A stretch of DNA of 64,000 nt from Oceanomicrobium sp. (lineage in GTDB: Bacteria > Pseudomonadota > Alphaproteobacteria > Rhodobacterales > Rhodobacteraceae). This document shows positions 61,065-64,000 of the stretch, piece after piece; within the stretch, counting starts at the first letter, position 1, and each line of letters begins with the position of its first letter. The DNA is taken from NCBI GenBank assembly GCA_031415055.1, contig JANOQZ010000043.1, positions 2,612-66,611 on the forward strand, written 5' to 3'. The notes beneath the pieces were generated by a model. That model was not told the origin of the DNA and ran no database searches. It was given only the letters and a program-made list of their open reading frames with translations. The translations under genes were made by a program, and so were the position numbers.

Positions 61065-61352
61065 ATGTCCAAGAACACTTCCATCGCACTCAGCGACCAT
61101 TTCAGCAATTTTTTAACGCGGCAGGTCCAGTCTGGGCACTATGGCTCGGCCAGCGAAGTGGTGCGGGCTGGGTTGCGGCTGCTGGAGGAGTACGAGGCGA
61201 AGATGGAGCGGTTGCGGGCGGAGATACAAAAAGGCATCGACAGTGGCGATCCGCTGCCGTTTGAGCCGGAGAGATGGCGCGAGGAATGGAAACGCGAATG
61301 GGATGCAGAACAGGCGGCACATGCGGATAGACCTGTTTCCCGCCGCGCGTGA
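61065..61352 (+). CDS. parD: type II antitoxin, ParD family (ribbon-helix-helix)
   Basis: MSKNTSIALSDHFSNFLTRQVQSGHYGSASEVVRAGLRLLEE.... ATG follows GGAGG. Confidence 0.85.
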   Translation: MSKNTSIALSDHFSNFLTRQVQSGHYGSASEVVRAGLRLLEEYEAKMERLRAEIQKGIDSGDPLPFEPERWREEWKREWDAEQAAHADRPVSRRA

Positions 61353-61622
61353 GGATTTGCGCGAGATTTGGCGATTTGGAGCCTTGAACTGGTCAATTGG
61401 ACAGGCCGACCGGTATTCAGATGAGCTCGACGCGGCAATTTCTTCGCTGACAGAAAACCCGCGTAGGCATCGCGCGCAGTTGGACTGGGCCGCGGAATGC
61501 GCCGACTGGTTTTCCGGTCCCACGTCGCGTTTTATCGCGTGAAGGAAAGAAAAATTGAAGTGGTGCGCGTCCTGCACCAAAGTGTTGAGGCGCGAGCGCG
61601 GCTCGGTAAACCATTGGAATAA
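61321..61622 (+). pseudogene. parE: ParE-family toxin gene, frameshifted
   Basis: N-terminal frame MRIDLFPAAREDLREIWRFGALNWSIGQADRYSDELDAAISSLTENPR.... The conserved C-terminus ...GLGRGMRRLVFRSHVAFYRVKERKIEVVRVLHQS... is in the -1 frame from about 61467. Total length ATG to TAA is 302 nt, not a multiple of 3. Confidence 0.75.
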
Positions 61623-61701
61623 TAGGTGAAATAACCGACCCCTCGGGGCGGATTGTTGCTCCATCGCGGAAATGCCATTTGATTGTGTCCAAAGACAGTA
61701 T

Positions 61702-62328
61702 TCAGGCCGGTGGGATGAAGGGCTGGCTGATGGTTTGGAAAACCGGCATTGCCTCCAAGGCGGCGCTATGCGCCGCGAGGGCGGGGAAGCGGGCCATGTC
61801 GATCAGGCCGTAGTGGCTGTCATTCATGTGCCGCAAGGCGCAGGCGACGGCGATGTCGGCGTGCGAGAGTGTGTCACCGAACCAATAGGGCGACTTTCGT
61901 TCGGCGCGCTCCTGCTCGAGCACACTGAGCGTGGTTTCGATTTGGGTCATGCAGCGGTTTTCCCATGTTGGGGATGTCTGGTTGTGCAAGGCGCGTTCGT
62001 AAAACAGACTGACGGCTTTGTCCGACAGGCCGCTGGCCAAGGCGGCGATTTTCATGGCGCGACAGCGGGCGGGTTGTTGTGTTGGGAACAGCGCGTTTGA
62101 CGGTCCAACAAGATCGTCGAGATAGTCCAGAATCGCGTGGCTTTCGATCAAAACATCACCGTTATCCAGCACCAGCGTTGGCACTCGGGTAAGCGGATTG
62201 TAGGGCCGTATTTTGTCAGCATCGCCAAAGATTGACCAAGGGCGGTGTTCATAGGGCAAGTGGTATAGCGTCAGCGCGATGCCGACGCGACGAACGAAAG
62301 GAGAATCGTATTGACCAATCAGGATCAT
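61702..62328 (-). CDS. glutathione S-transferase
   Basis: MILIGQYDSPFVRRV..., VPTLVLDNGDVLIESHAILDYL thioredoxin-like N-domain. Confidence 0.88.
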   Translation of the reverse strand: MILIGQYDSPFVRRVGIALTLYHLPYEHRPWSIFGDADKIRPYNPLTRVPTLVLDNGDVLIESHAILDYLDDLVGPSNALFPTQQPARCRAMKIAALASGLSDKAVSLFYERALHNQTSPTWENRCMTQIETTLSVLEQERAERKSPYWFGDTLSHADIAVACALRHMNDSHYGLIDMARFPALAAHSAALEAMPVFQTISQPFIPPA

Positions 62329-62428
62329 GCTTTGCCTTTTTGTGCGTTTAACGGACGACCACATCAACCGCGACTTTTTGGCCAAACAGGTTTACTGTCC
62401 AATCATATTTTGTGAGAGGGGATCGATC

Positions 62429-62965
62429 ATGGCGACATATGATAGTGCAGGCGCGTTCCATCGCCTGACCATCGTGCCGATGATTGCAGGCTTGGCTAAT
62501 CTGGGGGCGATTTTGCGCAAGGCGGAGAAGCATGAGCACGATGGCGGGCGCGACCCGGCGGCGCTGCAGCAAAAGCGGCTTTATCCCGATATGTTCACGC
62601 TGAACCAGCAATTGCTTTATGCGCTGTATTTGCCTTGCGATTTCGCTCGGCATTTCACTGATGCCCCGCCGCCAAGGGCAGGATACGACGAAAAAAGTTT
62701 TGCCGAAGTTTATGCAAGTATCTCCGCAGTGACCCAGTATCTGAAATCAATCCAAGCCGCCAAGATGGACGAACTGAGCACCAAGATCGTGCCGTCGTTC
62801 TTTGACAGCAAGCGCGGGGTTGAGGCGGAAACTTATGCGGCTGCGGTCAGCATGCCAGATTTCTATTTCCACCTGTCCGTCGCCTATGCAATTTTGCGTC
62901 ACAACAGCGTGCCGTTGGTGAAGGATGATTTTCTGGGCACGATAAAGTCTGTCGCGCTGGACTAA
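62429..62965 (+). CDS. DUF1993 domain protein
   Basis: ...RLYPDMFTLNQQ...PDFYFHLSVAYAILRHNSVPLVKDDFLG pattern. Confidence 0.8.
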   Translation: MATYDSAGAFHRLTIVPMIAGLANLGAILRKAEKHEHDGGRDPAALQQKRLYPDMFTLNQQLLYALYLPCDFARHFTDAPPPRAGYDEKSFAEVYASISAVTQYLKSIQAAKMDELSTKIVPSFFDSKRGVEAETYAAAVSMPDFYFHLSVAYAILRHNSVPLVKDDFLGTIKSVALD

Positions 62966-62993
62966 GCAAGCCGGTGGCTGGGTCAGGTCCAAA

Positions 62994-63419
62994 TTATCGC
63001 AATACCTGTGCTGCAACCATTTTGCGGGCATACCAAGCCAGCGCAAGTCCGACCACGACTATAACCGCCGTGAAGATCATCGCAAATGCACCGCTGATTT
63101 CGGCCATCGAGGTTTCGGCCAGCCCATAGGTGTAGACCGAAGTTCCGATCATTCCAACAATGGAGACAAGGAAAGCGGCCAAGGCATGGCGGCTGCGAAG
63201 CAGCAACAATACGGAACCGATGACCGAGAACCAGACGCCTAACGCCCAGAACCCCACGGCCCATGCTGGAAAGGAATAGAAAAAGTCGAGCTGTTCGGGG
63301 GTGAAATTGGCCATGTAAGATTCGTTCTTGGTTTTTGTCATCACGTAGTCAAAGGCGCCGACAGCGTTCCATAACAGCGAAACCACGCCAATGACCCAAA
63401 GATGCCAGGGAGTTTTCAT
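62994..63419 (-). CDS. hypothetical integral membrane protein (4 TM)
   Basis: MKTPWHLWVIGVVSLLWNAVGAFDY.... Hydrophobic segments throughout. Confidence 0.6.
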   Translation of the reverse strand: MKTPWHLWVIGVVSLLWNAVGAFDYVMTKTKNESYMANFTPEQLDFFYSFPAWAVGFWALGVWFSVIGSVLLLLRSRHALAAFLVSIVGMIGTSVYTYGLAETSMAEISGAFAMIFTAVIVVVGLALAWYARKMVAAQVLR

Positions 63420-63466
63420 CTAATGCTCCATTTTGTTGTTTCGACAATGTTGTATGAAATTCGGCC

Positions 63467-63910
63467 TTAAAGCACACCTATTTCCGCCAAACCGGCGCGA
63501 AGCTGCGCTGGCAATTCATTTTGACCGGGAACGTAGGGGCCGACGTCGGGCGGGGCGTCGCTGGCCTTGAGGTAGCGCCAGCCTTGAAACGGGCGGCGTG
63601 GTGCGATTGACGTTTGGACTAGCTCTGGGTCCATTACAATTGCGCAGCGGGTGATGCCGTCGCCGATGGTGACGGGCTCAAAGCCGATAACGCGCTGGCG
63701 CACCTGGATCAACCCTTTGATCACCCAGTACAGTGAGCCGCCCGACAAAATTTCTTGCGCCCGTTTCGGCCCCCAATGGGTGACGTGGATCGAGCGCCAA
63801 GGCTGACCCTTGACCGCAGCCTCCATCCGGCGCTCGGAACGCCAAAGGTCAAGTTCGGCGACGCTTTCTACCCCGACGCAAAGCTTGATGAGATGTAAAC
63901 TTGCGGCCAC
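63467..63910 (-). CDS. DUF1489 domain protein
   Basis: GTG 63910 gives (M)AASLHLIKLCVGVESVAEL.... The LHLIKLCVG N-terminus and about 147 aa size fit DUF1489. The track ORF extension to the window edge is probably non-coding. Confidence 0.7.
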   Translation of the reverse strand: MAASLHLIKLCVGVESVAELDLWRSERRMEAAVKGQPWRSIHVTHWGPKRAQEILSGGSLYWVIKGLIQVRQRVIGFEPVTIGDGITRCAIVMDPELVQTSIAPRRPFQGWRYLKASDAPPDVGPYVPGQNELPAQLRAGLAEIGVL

Positions 63911-64000
63911 GCCCGATTCCCTTCGATGGGCAAGTTTGCTACCAGATGCAGCCGTTGCGCAAGTGCGGCACACTAAAGACTGGAACATTGCTTGGAGCAA

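Overview
64-kb chromosomal segment of a moderately high-GC alphaproteobacterium. Taxonomic markers: Irr-like Fur regulator, phosphatidylcholine synthase, HisZ with short HisG, a TAT-signal BMP lipoprotein, and xdhABC. I support about 75 protein genes and saw no rRNA, tRNA or CRISPR. Most of the window is housekeeping or catabolic. In order: 2-hydroxyacid dehydrogenase, DMT exporter, an ArsR/SRPBCC/DUF1059 trio, moeB-dut-coaBC, SDR-dgoK, pcs, DedA, an amino-acid ABC system, pyrF, clpB, apbC and mmsA with a LysR regulator. Then comes a large inositol locus: iolB-iolD-iolC preceded by a MocD/E/F-like oxygenase trio, with a divergent LacI regulator, IolI-like isomerase, sugar ABC transporter and iolG. 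After that: an FAH-family hydrolase, DUF1326, a sensor kinase/OmpR-type regulator pair, a nucleoside (BMP) ABC transporter with xdhCBA and HIU hydrolase, dnaE, hisS-hisZ-hisG-panC, GST and DUF1993/DUF1489. The accessory layer is more interesting. (1) A solitary retron-type reverse transcriptase (39714-41135) has an unusually long N-terminal extension and no co-oriented effector gene. Directly upstream is a 13-bp perfect inverted repeat enclosing three hairpins, which I read as a candidate msr-msd ncRNA. Directly downstream is a hairpin-rich tail. This is my best candidate for a novel system. (2) A REP-associated tyrosine transposase (RAYT) is bracketed by REP doublets, with at least 11 GTAG-type REP copies dispersed in the window. 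Five of these copies supply the stop codon of the neighbouring gene. (3) There are three decayed genes: a duplicated 3' fragment of the FAH gene, a VOC/glyoxalase gene with an in-frame TAG, and a parDE module whose toxin is frameshifted. All function calls rest on motif recognition by eye. No database search was run.
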